Of a stretch of 64,000 bases of DNA, positions 36,087-48,912 are shown in pieces. The stretch comes from Scyliorhinus canicula (Eukaryota): positions 56,819,790-56,883,789 of the forward strand of contig NC_052157.1 of assembly GCF_902713615.1 (NCBI RefSeq), written 5' to 3'. Both the position numbers and the translations under genes were made by a program. Below the pieces are notes generated by a model, which ran no database searches, was not told where the DNA came from, and worked only from the letters and a program-made list of their open reading frames with translations. Numbering within the stretch: the first letter of the stretch is position 1; the number at the start of each line of letters is the position of its first letter.

Positions 36087-38578
36087 CATATTAGAGATGT
36101 CCTGACTAATCCCAGGCCAGTAGGCAGCTTGCCTGGCTCTGCGCCTGCATTTCTCGACACCCAGATGTCCCTCATGGATTTGTCGGAGCACCAAGCTCTG
36201 GAGACTGAGTGGAATGACATGCGGTCCAGCTTGAGGAGGATACCATCAACCACCGTCAGGTCGTCCTTCACATTGAAGAATTGAGGGCATTGCCCTTTTT
36301 GCCAGCCATTGGCGAGGTGGCACGTGACGCATTGCTGAAGAGAGTCTTTGGCCATCTTGTCACGAATGCGAATCACCTTTTCATCCGTGCCAGGAGGTTG
36401 CTGGCCCACAGCTGCACCTGTGATTCAATCTGTTGGATGAATGCTGGCGGGTCAGCAGGCAAGGTTATGGAGTGGGCCAAGGCAACCGCAATAATGAGTT
36501 CCTTGCCAGGCGTGCGCACAAGCTCAATGTCGTACCTTCTGAGTCTGAGGAGGATGCGCTGCAGCCGGGGCGTCATGTCGTTCAGGTCCTTGTGGATAAT
36601 GTGGACCAGAGGCCTGTGGTCCGTCTCAATGGGAACGTCGGCAGGTCATAGACATAATCGTGGAACTTGAGAATTCCAGTGAGAAGGCCCAGACATTCCT
36701 TTTCAATTTGGGCATACCGTTGCTCGGTGGGTGTCATCGCCCGTCATGCGTTGGCAAACGGTGCCCAGGACGAGGTGTCATCGCGCTGAAGCCATCCTGG
36801 CTCGCATCTGTCGAGGTTTTCAGGATCAAAAAATGCCAATACAGGTGCAGTGGTGAGCTTGGCTTTCAGCTCCAACCACTCTGCCTGATGAGCTGCCTGC
36901 CACTCAAAGGCAGTAGATTTTTTCAAAAGGTGTCTGAGAACCGTGGTGCATGAGGCAAAGTTTGGGATAAACTTGCCCAAAATGTTTACCATGCCTAGGA
37001 AGCGCAGCACTGCCTTCTTGTCTTCAGGGGTCTTCATGGCTTCAATGGTCTTGACCTTGTCTGTGTCCGTGCGCACACCCTGCTGAGATATCTGGTCACC
37101 TAAGAACTTCAGTGTCGACCTGCCAAAGCAACACCTGGCCCTGTTCAGCTTGAGGCCATTGGCATGGACATGGCGGAATACTTGCTGGAGACGGGAGATG
37201 TGCTCTTCGAGGGTCGTGGACCAAATTATAACGTCGTACACACGAACCCCTTTAATGCCCTACATCATCTGCTCCATGATTCTATGGAAGATCTCCGAGG
37301 CCGAGACAATGCCGAACGGCATACGATTATCACAGTAGCTGCCAAACGGTGGGTTGAAGGTGCAGAGCCTTCTGCTGGACTCATCCAGCTGGATTTGACA
37401 GATCCCGTGTGATGCATGTAACTTTGTGAAGAACCGGGCGTGTGCCATCTCACTTGTGAGTTCCTCCTTCTTCAGGATGGGGTAGTTTTCCCGCATTATA
37501 TTCTGGTTGAGACCCTTGGGATCAATGCAGATGCGCAACTCCCCCAAAGGCTTCTTTACGCATACCATCGAGCTGACCCAGTCAGTCGGTTCTGTAACTT
37601 GGGAGGTGATGCCCTGGTCCTGAAGATCCTTTAACTGTGTCTTCAGGCGCTCCTTCAGTGGAGCCGGGACCTGATGTGGAGCGTGGACCACAGCATGGCA
37701 TCAGGCCGCAGCAGGATCTTGTACCGATATGGCAGAATGCCCATCCCGTCAAACACATCCGGATACTGAGCGAGGATGTCGTCAATGGCAGCTTGAAGAT
37801 CCACGTTGGGGGAGGTGATTGTGTAGACCCGCTGCACAAGGTTTAGCTGCTTGCATGCATGTGCGCCGAGCAGGGAGGCCCTGTCTGGCTTGACGATTTC
37901 AAACCTTAGCCTTGTGTGAATGCTCCTGTTGGAGATGAGCAGATGGCAGGATCCCAGTGCTGTGATGGCATTGCCGTTACAGTCCAGGAGCTGGCAGGCT
38001 GCTGGTAGGAGCTTGGGTGGCTTCTTGATGCGGTTGAAATCTGCCTGTGAAAGGAGATTGGCAGAAGCACCTGTGTCCAGCTTGAACTGGATAGAGCATT
38101 GATTTACTCGCATCACCGCACGCCATTCGTCCAGAGAATCCACAGTGGGGATGGGCAGGCTCCGTGATGATGTCGGTGAGGCATGTTCACGTGCGGTAAT
38201 GATGCCCACGTGGTAGGGGAACTCCAGGCAATCGTCCTCTGGATCCATTATACTGCCAGGATCAGAATCCTGTAAACCTTGTTGGGCACTTTGAATGCGC
38301 TTGCGTTGGAATTGGGATCGCTGGCCCTTGACTGGTGGTGCAGACCTGCACAAGGCTGCATCGTGTCCAGGCATTCCGCAGTTTAAACAGTGCCTGCCTC
38401 TTTGGTCTCTGATCATGGAGTCAGCAATATCACCAAAGTTGCAGGACAGAGCCAACAGGCGGAGGCTAGTTAAGAAGGAGTTGAAAGATTCATCTTTACC
38501 TTGAAGATGTTGTTTGAATATGTCGCGCTCAAAGACTTCATTGGTGTCCACTTCACAGTGACTATCGAACTTGTCCAG

Positions 38579-41500
38579 TGTCATAATCTACACATCAGTA
38601 TATGATGGTGCAGATACACACACTGACTGACACACTACAAGGCCAATCAACACACACAACACAGCAGCCAATCTCCAGTTAGGGCACGCTCACTATAAAG
38701 CCAGAGGGCACTAGCTTTCCCGCTCATTCGGGGATGCAGCCTCTGAGACAGACAGAGCTCGCAGTCAGTAGCACAAACATCCACCATGTGGTAGCAGTCT
38801 AGGCTGGTCAGGCAATCAATCTAACATAGTGTCGACCCACAGTGCAAGTATGTTTAACAGCTCCTAGTTTAATAAAATAGTGTTGTACTATTACAAGTGT
38901 TGGTAGCCTGTCTATGTTACTGCTAAGGTAAACGCAGTCTCCACAGATCCAGAGTACCCAACACATCATGGTACCAGAATGCGATGTTAGAATTTACTAG
39001 ACCTACCTTCAAGTGATCTGCCTTCATCCAGCAATCAGCCATCCTGCAATAGGGACAGCGTCCGCCCCCCACCACCGCTCCGCATCACCGGCAACCTCGG
39101 TGCCAACTGGAAAATCTTTAAACAACGATTCCAGCTGCACCTCAAAGCTACAGATCTGAAAACTGCTTCAGACGCCAGGAAGATCGCTCTCTTCCTTTCC
39201 ACGGCCAGGGACCACACCATTCACATCTTTAACTCTCTCACTTTCGCTGAAGGTGAGGACAAGTCCAAGTTCAAGACGGTCCTCCTTAAATTTGACAGTC
39301 ACTGTGACATTGAGGTCAATGAAAGTTTTGAGCGCTATGTTTTTCAACAGTGTTTGCAGGGTAAGGATGAACCTTTTCAATCTTTCCTCACCCACCTCCG
39401 CATCCTCGCGCAGTCCTGCAATTACGGCTCCACCTCAAATTCGATGATCCGTGGCCAGATTGTTTTCGGTGTGCAATCGGACCCCCTACAAACAGCAGCT
39501 CCTCAAGGTTAAACAGCTCACCCTTGCGATAGCCATCAAGACCTGCGTTCTGCATGAACACGCCACTAACCGGCACTCGCACATTCAAGCGGCTGAAATG
39601 ATGCGGCAATGTCCCCACGAGGCAGAGCGGGTGCAAGCCATTAAACAATTCCAGGGCCGAGGCCTGGATGAGGGCGGCCATTTTGCCTGCTTTTTGTGGG
39701 CTCCCGCACATGCCCGAGGGGACGGCAATGCCGAAGACCGCACTGTGCAGGCGCGCACCACGTACAACCGCACTGCTCTGGCGCACCGAACATTCTGACG
39801 TAATGACATGCGGCAACTGTCATGCGGCTCATTTAAAGCGGCAATTTCCTTCAAAATCCCGACGCTGTCTCCAATGTGGCAAGCTTGGCCACTGTGCTAC
39901 GTTATGCAGGTCTGCTCAACCTACTACCTCTTGTCGCTCCAACCAGCCACGCAAGGATGTCCGAGCCACCCAACCACCGGTCACCGATTCCGAGTCCGAC
40001 TTGATTCCAGACCTTGACACTTAGGACCCCAACGCACAATTTAGGGTGGGCATCATCACTAAACACAAGATGCTCCCGAAAACAAAAGCCAAGTCTCTCC
40101 CAATATTCCGCATTGATCTGGACGAGGAGTGGTGTGCCACACCTCACGGTCAACCGGTCCCGCATCCAATTCCGCTCGGACACCGGCGCATCAGCCAACC
40201 TCATTGCGCAGTCTGGCCTCGATAGCCTCCATGTCAAGCCTCCCATCCTGCCATCAGCCTGTCAGCTTCTGGACTATAATGATAATGCCATTGCTGACAG
40301 TGGCACTGGTCATTAAAGGCTAACCTGCCATTCGAAATAGTGGGATCCTCTAAAGCTTCCCTGCTGGGTGCTCAGGCATGCAAACTGCTGAACCTTGTCC
40401 AAAGGGTTCACTCCCTGACACCCACTAATGCTTCAGCATCTCAGAACGGTGACTTTCAGGCACAGCTGAACGCCATCATCAACCGATACCACGGTGTATT
40501 CGAGGGCATGGGCACACTCCCATACACTTATAAAATCTTGTTAAAACCAAATGTCTCGCCTGTGGTGCACGCACCTCGCAGGGTCCCAGCTCCCCTCAAG
40601 GACCACCTCAAGCAGCAGCTGCAGGACCTCCAGGACCAGGGCGTGATTCCAAAAGTTACGGAACCGACCGACTGGGTCAGCTCAATGGTATGTGTGAAAA
40701 AAACCATCCGGCGAATTGCGGATATTTATTGATTCCAAGGACCTCAACCGCAATATTATGAGAGAACACTATCCTATTCCGAAGCATGAAGAGCTCACCT
40801 GTGAGATGGCTCGCGCCAAATTTTTCACCAAGCTAGACGCATCCAACAGGTTCTGGCAGATCCAACTCGATGCATCCAGTCGGAAGCTCTGCACCTTTAA
40901 CACCCCATTTGGCCGCTATTGTTACAACCGGATGTCATTTGGCATCATCTCTGCATCGGAAGTGTTCCACAGGGTTATGGAACAGATGATGGAGGGCATC
41001 GAAGGGGTTTGCGTCTATGTGGACAACATAATCGTCTGTTCTACCACCCCAACAAGAGCACATTGATCGCCTCCAACGCATCTTCAGATGAATCCATGAG
41101 CATGGCCTCCCCCTCAGCAGGGCCAAATGCTCCTTTGGTCAAACAGAAATTCAATTCCTCAGAGACCACATCTCACAGTTTGGTGTGCAACCGGATGCTG
41201 ACAAGGTTTCTGCCATTAAGGCCATGAAGACACCGAAGGACATGAAGGCGGTCCTCCGCTTCCTGGGCATGGTCAACTTTCTAGGGAAATTCATCCCTAA
41301 CCTCACCTCCCACTCTCAGGAACCTGGTCAAGAAGACAACAGAGTTCAATGGCTCTCCGCCCACGAACAAGAATGGCGGGAACTCAGGGCAAAGCAGACC
41401 AAGGCCCCAGTGTTGGCATTTTTTGAGCCATCCAAAGAAACAAAGATTTCCACGGATGCCAGTCAATCTGGCATTGGAGCAGTGCTCCTTCACCGTGATG

Positions 41501-43850
41501 ATGCCTCTTCATGGGCTCCTGTCGCATACGCGTCACGTGCAATGACGCCCACCGAACAGCGCTTTGCACAAATTGAAAAAGAGTGCCTGGGCCTTCTTAC
41601 CGGGGTCATCAAATTCCATGGCTATGTCTACGGACTCCCAAAATTCACAGTCGAGACAGACCACAGACCGCTGGTCAATATCATTCAAAATTACCTTAAC
41701 AACATGACGCCACGCCTGCAGCGCATTTTCCTCAAACTCAGGCAGTACGACTTCGAACTCGTCTATATCCTGGGTAAGGAGCTCATCGTCGCCGATGCAC
41801 TCTCCCAATCAGTCACCACACCCTGCGACCCAGCGGGCTTCATGTGCCAGACTGATGCTCAGGTGGCATTCGCCGCATCCAATCTGCCCGCCACGGATGA
41901 ACGGCTCATCCAGATTTGTCGTGAGACAACCAACGATCCTCTGCTCCAATGTGTCATGCGCCACCTGACAGACGGGTGGTTCAAGGGCCAATGCCCTCAT
42001 TCGAGAATTTTAAAGATGACCTGGGGGTGGTAGATGGAATTCTACTCAAGTTGGACAGGATCGTCATCCCGCACAGCATGCACAACCTGGTCCTCGAGCA
42101 GCTCCATGAGGGCCACCTGGGAGTGGAGAAGTGCCGACGATGGGCCTGTGAGGCAGTGTACTGGCCTGGAATTAACTAGGACATAGCTAATGCCGTTCTC
42201 AACTGCCGAACATGTCAGCGATTCCAGCCTGCGCAATCAAGGGAAACCTTGCAACCCCATGAGTTGGTCACGTCCCCCTAGACCAAAGTGGGCATCGACC
42301 TGTTCCATGCGCTTGGCCGGGACTGTGTCCTCATAGTGGAATATTTCTCGAACTACCCGGAGGTGGTTAGGCTGCACGACCTCACTTCAACTGTGGTTAC
42401 CCGTGCGTGTAAGGAAACCTTTGCTCGTCATGGCATCCCGCTCATGGTCATGTCCGGCAATGGCCCGCGTTTTACCAGTAAGGAGTGGTCCAATTTTTCC
42501 GAACAATACAACTTCACACATGTCACATCCAGTCCCCATTACCCCCAATCCAATGACAAAGCTGAAAAGGGGGTGCACATCGTAAAACGACTCCTGTGCA
42601 AGGCGGCCGATGCAGGATCCGATTTTTACCTTGCCCTGCTTGCTTACTGATCTGCTCCTTTGTCCACCGGCCTGTCACCGGCTCAATTATTGATGAACCG
42701 CACGCTACGGATGACAGTGCCGGCCATTCATGTCCCGGTCTTGGACAACTCTCCGGTCCTTTGCCACATGCAGCTGTCCCGGGCCCAACACAAATTGGCC
42801 TACGACGCCCATGCCACGGATCTCCCTGATCTGGCTCCCAATGACGACGTCCGTGTCCAACTTCCAGATGGTAGCTGGTCAGCCACCGCTGTGGTGCTCA
42901 GACAAGTGGCCCCCAGGTCATTTTGGTTTGTCAACCAGACGGCTCTCTTCTGCGCCAGAATCGGCGGGCACTACGACTCCTTCCTCGCTCGCCGCATGAT
43001 TATTATGTTCTGCCTCGCCATCACAACAAACCCGTTACCGGCTTTGTGGATCTCCCTTTCACTCTGCCACCCTCCGAATCTGACACAGTCCGGCCCGTTC
43101 CAGAACAGGCGGCTCTTGACCCACCCTTGAGGCAGTCAACCAGAATTCGTCGCCCACCTCAGAGACTGAATTTATGAACTGCCTGAATTCATGGACTCTC
43201 TGAACTCGTGAACTGCTTATTTTGTTGCCTTGTTTGATTAGCTCACTGGTTTGTACATACTGTTGTTCTAGTTATTTTTCTGTTACATACTGTCCATCTG
43301 CACTAGACACCTCCCGATGTAAATATCTTCGCGTTTCTGTACATAATCTTGTGAATATGCTCATATATGACACGCATAGTTAGGAACATTCACATCATAC
43401 ACTATTTATTGCCACGAACACACATTTGTTTTCAAAAAAGGGGGGATGTCATAACATACACATCAGTATATAATGGTGCAGAGACACACACTGACTGACA
43501 CACTACAAGACCAATCAACGCGCACAACAGAGCAGCCAATCACCAGTTAGGGCACGGTCACTATAAAGCCAGAGGGCACTAGTTTTCCTGCTCATTCGGG
43601 ATGCAGCCTCTGAGAGAGACGGAGCTCGTAGTCAGTAGCACAAACTTCCATCATGTGCTAGCAGTCTAGGCTGGTCAGGTTAGGCATATGTCTGCAATCA
43701 ATCTAACATATTGTCGACCCACAGTGCAAGTATGTGTAACAGCTCTTAGTTTAATAAAATAGTGTTGTACTATTACAAGTGTTGGTAGCCTGTCTATGTC
43801 ACTGCTAAGGTAAACGCAGTCTCCACAGATCCAGAGTACCCAACACATCA
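38579..43850 (+). mobile_element. Inner Ty3/Gypsy element (LTRs 38579-38968 and 43447-43850), TSD TCCAG
   Basis: Paired TG...CA LTRs; PBS TGGTACCAG at 38969 (tRNA-Leu(UAA)-like 3' end); PPT AAAAAAGGGGGGA; TCCAG at 38574-38578 and 43851-43855; frameshifted gag-pol. Confidence 0.95.
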
Positions 43851-44670
43851 TCCAGGATGGTCTGAAACTTTGTATCGTCCCGGCCTTCGGTGAAGTTAAA
43901 TGAGTTGAAGAGTTGGATGGCTTGACCACCCGCAGTTGAGAGGAGTAGCCCAATCTTTCTTGTATCAGACGCACCCCCGAGGTCTGAGGCTTCGCTGTAC
44001 AGCAGAAGCCTTTGTTTGAAAGTCCGCCAGTTGGCACTGAGATTGCCGGAGGTCCACAACTGTTGAGGAGCCTGGATCTTCTTCATGGTGCCAGGATATA
44101 TTTGCTGGTCGCCACGGAACAGGTTGAGATGAACCACCTAGGGATAGCAGTCTTCTGGTACCGTGCCATGTTAAGCACACTGAGATAACACAGGCTGCAA
44201 CTGGATGCAGCTTTAATGAAAAATACTCCAGACCTTGAAGTTAGTTCAATTTGATTTACTGAACCTGTCACACAGTTAGCTCAGTTCTCTGTGAGTTCGA
44301 CTCTCTGCTAACCTAAGTGTGATTAATCTGTCTGACTGAACCAGACTAGCTCTTAGCCACGTGCCGGAGGTGTTATGTGATATATACACCTGACTCACTC
44401 TGTAGATTTCCCCAGTGGAAAGAGGCGGAGTGTGAGTGCCTCGTGCCTTTTATTGTGCGAAAACCACCGCCAAGTGTTCTGTCTGCTGATTGGTTTTTGT
44501 CCTGTTCTCTGTGTTCATTAGGTGCCTATCTGTATCTCATTTCGTGCATGTCTGCATATCATGACAGTAGGTGCTGGCGGAGCTTACAGAGATGCGTAGG
44601 GTTGTTGGAGCTGCTGGAGGTTACAGTAGATAGGGATGGTTGTGGGGTCTGGAGGAGATGACAGAGATAG

Positions 44671-44943
44671 TGTGGTAGTATGACTAGAGGTACTACGGTA
44701 CCTAGCAATGCCGAGACACCATTGGTGGAGAAGGCTCGCTGCTCATTAGCCCAATGGTATGTAACACTAGTCATCCATTGGTTAGAATTGTAAGGTAGCT
44801 CCGCCCAGTAAGGTGGGGTATTAGAGCCCGTGTATCCCCCACAGCTTCCTTTCTGTACCTGAGCTGCTGGGGGAAACATCTTGTCTATTAAAGCCTTCAG
44901 TTCGGACTACAACCTCGTTTCTGTGGTCATTGATAGTGCATCA
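44671..44943 (+). mobile_element. Solo LTR with 5 bp TSD GATAG
   Basis: TGTGGTAG...GTGCATCA; GATAG at 44666-44670 and 44944-44948. Confidence 0.85.
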
Positions 44944-45280
44944 GATAGGGAGAGTTGTAGGGGTTAGAAGAGGTTACAAAGATAGGGAGAATGGTAGAGG
45001 CTGGTGGAGGTTACAGAGATAGGGACGGTTGTAGCGGCTGGAGGAACTTACAGAGATAGGGAGGGTTGTAGGGGCTGGAGGTGCTTACAAAGGTTGGGAG
45101 GGTTGGAAGGGAGGGCTGGATGAGGTTACAGAGATATGGAGGGTTGTGGTGGCTGCAGGAGGTTACAGAGTCAGGGAGGGTTGTAGGTGTTGGAGGAAGT
45201 ACAGAGATAGGGACAGTTGTACGGGCTGTAGGAGGTTACAGAGATAGGGAGGGTTGTAGGGAATGGATGAGGTTACAGGA

Positions 45281-45600
45281 GGCGGCACAGTAGCACAAGT
45301 GGATAGCACTGTGGCTTCACAGCGCCAGGGTCCCAGATTCGATTCCCCGCTGGGTCACTGTCTGTGCGGAGTTTGCACATTCTCCCCGTGTCTGCGAGAT
45401 TTCCTCCAGGTGCTCCGGTTTCCTTCCACAGTCCAAAGACGTGCAGGTTAGGTGAATTGGCCATGATAAATTGCCCTTAGTGTCCAAAATAGGTTAGGAG
45501 GGGTTATTGGGTTACGGAGATAGGGTGGAAGTGAGGGCTTAAGTGGGTCGGTGCAGACCCGATGGGCCAAATGGCCTCCTTCTGCACTGTATGTTGTATG
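45281..45600 (+). mobile_element. HE1-type V-SINE
   Basis: Head, V-domain and CR1-type tail. Confidence 0.88.
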
Positions 45601-45657
45601 TAGAGACAGGGGGAGTTGTAGGGGCTGGAGGAGGTTACAGAGATAGGGAGGGTTGTC

Positions 45658-45833
45658 GGGCTGGTTTAGCACAGGGCTAAGTAGCTGGCTTTTAAAGCAG
45701 ACCAAGGCAGGCCAGCCACGCGAGTTCAATTCCCCTACCAGCCTCCCCGAACAGGCGCTGGAATGTGGCAACTGAGGGCGTTTCACAGTAACTTAATTTG
45801 AAGCCTCCTTGTGACAACAAGCGATTTTTCATT
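45658..45833 (+). mobile_element. Short tRNA-Lys-like SINE
   Basis: GGCTGGT...ACCAGCC acceptor-like stem, CTTTTAA loop, B box GAGTTCAATTCC, GTGACAA-type tail. Confidence 0.8.
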
Positions 45834-46370
45834 AGGGGCTGGAGGAGGTTGGAGACATAGGGAGGGTTGTAGGACCTGGCGGAGGTTACAGAGGTAGGGA
45901 GGGAGGGTTGTCGGGCCTGGCGGAGGTTGCAGAGATAGGGAGGGAGGGTTGTAGGACCTGGAGAAGGTTACAGAGATAGGGAGGGAGGGTTGAAGGGACT
46001 GGAGGAGGTTATTGAGATAGGGAGGGTTCTAGGGGCTGGAGTTTACAGCAATGGGTAGGGGTGAGATAGGGGGAATTTGGTAATTAAATGTAGACAGGGA
46101 GACAGTGCGGGGCAGGGGAGCGACAGGAGGAACAGGGTTAATCACTGATGAGTACCGGAGGGGAGGAAATTGGTGTGGGGATTTTGGAAGGAATGTTGCT
46201 TTCAGTTCCTGATCTGATTATTTGTGTTTAGTTTAGCTTCCTCCTCGGGAGGGAGCGTGTTCAGCACTGAGCCGTACAGCAACAGCACAGAGGGGGCGGG
46301 GGAGGGGGGTTGACTTAACTGTCCCCCCCAAACATTCAAACACTCAACGCTATAATATCTTTCCCCACAG

Positions 46371-46407
46371 ATCACCTGTCTGACCATATTTCTCCTGCTT
46401 CTGATCG
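46371..46407 (+). CDS. Leader (signal-peptide hydrophobic core) exon of the VJ-type IgSF gene: ITCLTIFLLLLI-G
   Basis: Branch-like CTCAAC, then TATCTTTCCCCACAG acceptor; 37 nt hydrophobic coding; phase-1 donor G|GTAAAT fits the V exon acceptor, giving ...LLLLIGCLHG/DLVVVQ. Confidence 0.8.
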
Positions 46408-46539
46408 GTAAATAAGCCAGAACATTCCACCATTCAATTCGGGCACTGCTCGGGGCAGCTGGCGGAGAGGAGCAGCTGGAGGACGAAGATTTACTCTTAC
46501 TTTTCGAAAGGGAGTCGATTTAACAGCGAGAGGAGGGCC

Positions 46540-47300
46540 AGCAGCAGAGAGAGACAGAGATACAGTATATATATATAAGACCGATNNNNNNNNNNNNNNN
46601 NNNNNNNNNNNNNNNNNNNNNNNNNNNNNNNNNNNNNNNNNNNNNNNNNNNNNNNNNNNNNNNNNNNNNNNNNNNNNNNNNNNNNNNNNNNNNNNNNNNN
46701 NNNNNNNNNNNNNNNNNNNNNNNNNNNNNNNAGACAGAGGCAGAGAGGGTGAGACAAAGAGAGAGAGGCAGAGAGGGAGACAGGGAAATGAGAGAGAGGG
46801 AGAGAGAGACAAAGATACAGAGAGAGACACAGAGAGACTGAGCAAGTGATACAGAGAGAGAGGCAGACAGAGGAAGAGAGAGAGACGGGGGGGGGGGGGC
46901 AAAAAGGGAGAGACAGAGAGAGAGAAATGAGAGAGATACAGAGAGTGAGAGAGAGAGTGACAGAGCAAGCGACAGAGAGTGAGAGGGAGAAAGAGATAGA
47001 GCCAGTGTGAGACAGAAGAGATAAAGGGTGAGAGGGAGATTCAGAGAGAGAACAAGACCAAGATGGACAGGTAGAAGAGAGACAATGAGACAGTGAGGGA
47101 TAGAAACGGAGAGAGTGAAATACAGAGGGAGAGAGACAGAGAGCGAATTGGATAGAGCAGAGAGTAAGAGATAGAGGGCGAGAGACAAAAAGAGTGTGAA
47201 ACGGTGATGAAAGAGAGGAAGAACGAGACAAAGAGCGAAACAGTGAGGCGCAGAGAGAGAAAGGAAGAGAGACAGAGGCAGCAAGAGAGAGAGAGAGAAT
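46540..47300. repeat. GA-rich low-complexity tract with gap 46586-46731
   Basis: (GA)/(GACA)n purine tract and N run. Confidence 0.95.
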
Positions 47301-47881
47301 GAGATGCGGTGCAAGAGTGAGGGTTAATAAAGCTGCAAGTTCCATTTGTGAGTCTCTCACAGCCAATGAAAGGCTTATTTTGCAGTGTGGTCACTGTTGT
47401 GATGTCGGAAACACAGCAGCCAGTACACGCACAAGATCCCACAAGCAGCAATATGATAATGACCCCAGATCATCTGTGTTTTTTTCAGCAATGTTGGTCG
47501 AGGGGTAAATATTGGGCCCAGGATCCGGGGAGAATGCCTCCCGCTCTCCTTCAGTATAGTGACTGTGGGATGATTCACATCCTCCCGAGAGGGCAGACAG
47601 GGGTCCTGGTTTCTGTTATTCTCTGTGTCAGTAATGAGTGATTGTTTGACGAGAAAGATCCTCTCAAACAGCCTGTGCAGTTTAACCACATTGATATCGG
47701 CAGCAAAAAACCCTGTGGCAGGATTAAACCCACACACAACATGACATCACAACAAAGTTCATCAGTAAACCACCATCTCGCCATTGTCAAAATCCAGCTG
47801 CATCGAATCTGCAGCAACGAGAATTAGGCCATTTGGCCCATCTGCCCCATGCTGCCCCATGCTGTTTTTCCAGCCCCACAC

Positions 47882-48220
47882 CAGGCAGAACGGTGGCACA
47901 GTGGTCAGCACTGCTGTCTCTCAGCTCCAGGGACCAGGGTTAAATTCCGGCCTCAGGTAACTGTGTGGAGTTTGCACTGTGTGGAGTCTCCCCGTGTCCG
48001 CGTGGGTTTCCTCCGGGTGCTCCGGTTTCCTCCACAGTTCAAAGATGTGCCGGTTAGGTGGATTGGCCGTGCTAAATTATCTCTTAGTGTCCAAAAGGTT
48101 AGTTGGGGTACACGGTTACGGGGATAGGGTGGAGGCGTGGTCTTAAGTAAGGTGTTCTTTCCAAGGGCCAGTGCAGACCCGATGGGCCAAATGCCTCGTT
48201 CTGCACTGTAAATTCTATGA
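47882..48220 (+). mobile_element. HE1-type V-SINE
   Basis: Head, V-domain and tail ...CTGCACTGTAAATTCTATGA. Confidence 0.85.
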
Positions 48221-48334
48221 ACCAGCCTCATTCCCCCACCCCCACGTTCATCTCTCCCATCACAATATCCTTCTATTTATCGCCCCTCATGTATTTATAA
48301 CTTCCCCTTTAATACATCAACACTTCAACTCAAC

Positions 48335-48912
48335 CTCTCCCTGTGGGACTAAGTCTGACATTCTCCTCACTCCCTGCGGGAGCAAGTCTCACATTCCCCT
48401 CACTCGCCGTGGGAGTGAGTCAAACATTCTCCCCACTTCCTCTGGGAGCGAGTCCCACATTCTCCCCACTCCCTATGGGAGCGAGTCCCACATTCTCCCC
48501 ACTCCCTGTGGGAGCGAGTCCCACATTCTCCCCACTCCATGTGGGAGCGAGTCCCACATTCTCCCCACTCCCTGTGGGAGTGAGTCCCACACTCTTCCCA
48601 CTCCCTGTGGGAGCGAGCCCCACATTCTCCCCACTCCCTGTGGGAGCGAGTCCCACATTCTCCCCACTCCCTGTGGGAGCGAGCCCCACATTCTCCCCAC
48701 TCCCTGTGGGAACGAGTCCCACATTCTCCCCACTCCATGTGGGAGCGAGTCCCACATTCTCCCCACTCCCTGTGGGAGTGAGTCCCACACTCTCCCCACT
48801 CCCTGTGGGAGCGAGCCCCACATTCTCCCCACTCCCTGTGGGAGCGAGTCCCACATTCTCCCCACTCCATGTGGGAGCGAGTCCCACATTCTCCCCACTC
48901 CCTGTGGGAGCA
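48335..48912. repeat. 33 bp minisatellite (~17 copies)
   Basis: Unit CTCCCCACTCCCTGTGGGAGCGAGTCCCACATT; variant units recur 198 bp apart. Confidence 0.95.

Larger units (their letters stand above)
33949..44566 (-). mobile_element. Outer Ty3/Gypsy element (LTRs 33949-34350 and 44164-44566), TSD GTAGG
   Basis: Paired TG...CA LTRs; GTAGG at 33944-33948 and 44567-44571; PPT after 34350; gag, protease (FKLDTGASAN), RT, RNaseH and integrase (FSRHGIPLTVMSDNGP) remnants on minus. Confidence 0.95.
44567..46060. repeat. 36-37 bp G-rich minisatellite, array part 2 (more diverged, interrupted)
   Basis: Same unit; resumes directly after the GTAGG TSD. Confidence 0.9.

Noticed and set aside
32581-46060. 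G-rich tandem array as an immunoglobulin switch-like region
   Set aside because: The unit is explained by L2 ORF2, lacks dense AGCT motifs, and no Ig constant exons are nearby.
48335-48912. 33 bp repeats as a CRISPR array or a repeat-protein gene
   Set aside because: There are no unique spacers, the context is eukaryotic, and open frames on both strands follow from a stop-free unit whose length is divisible by 3.
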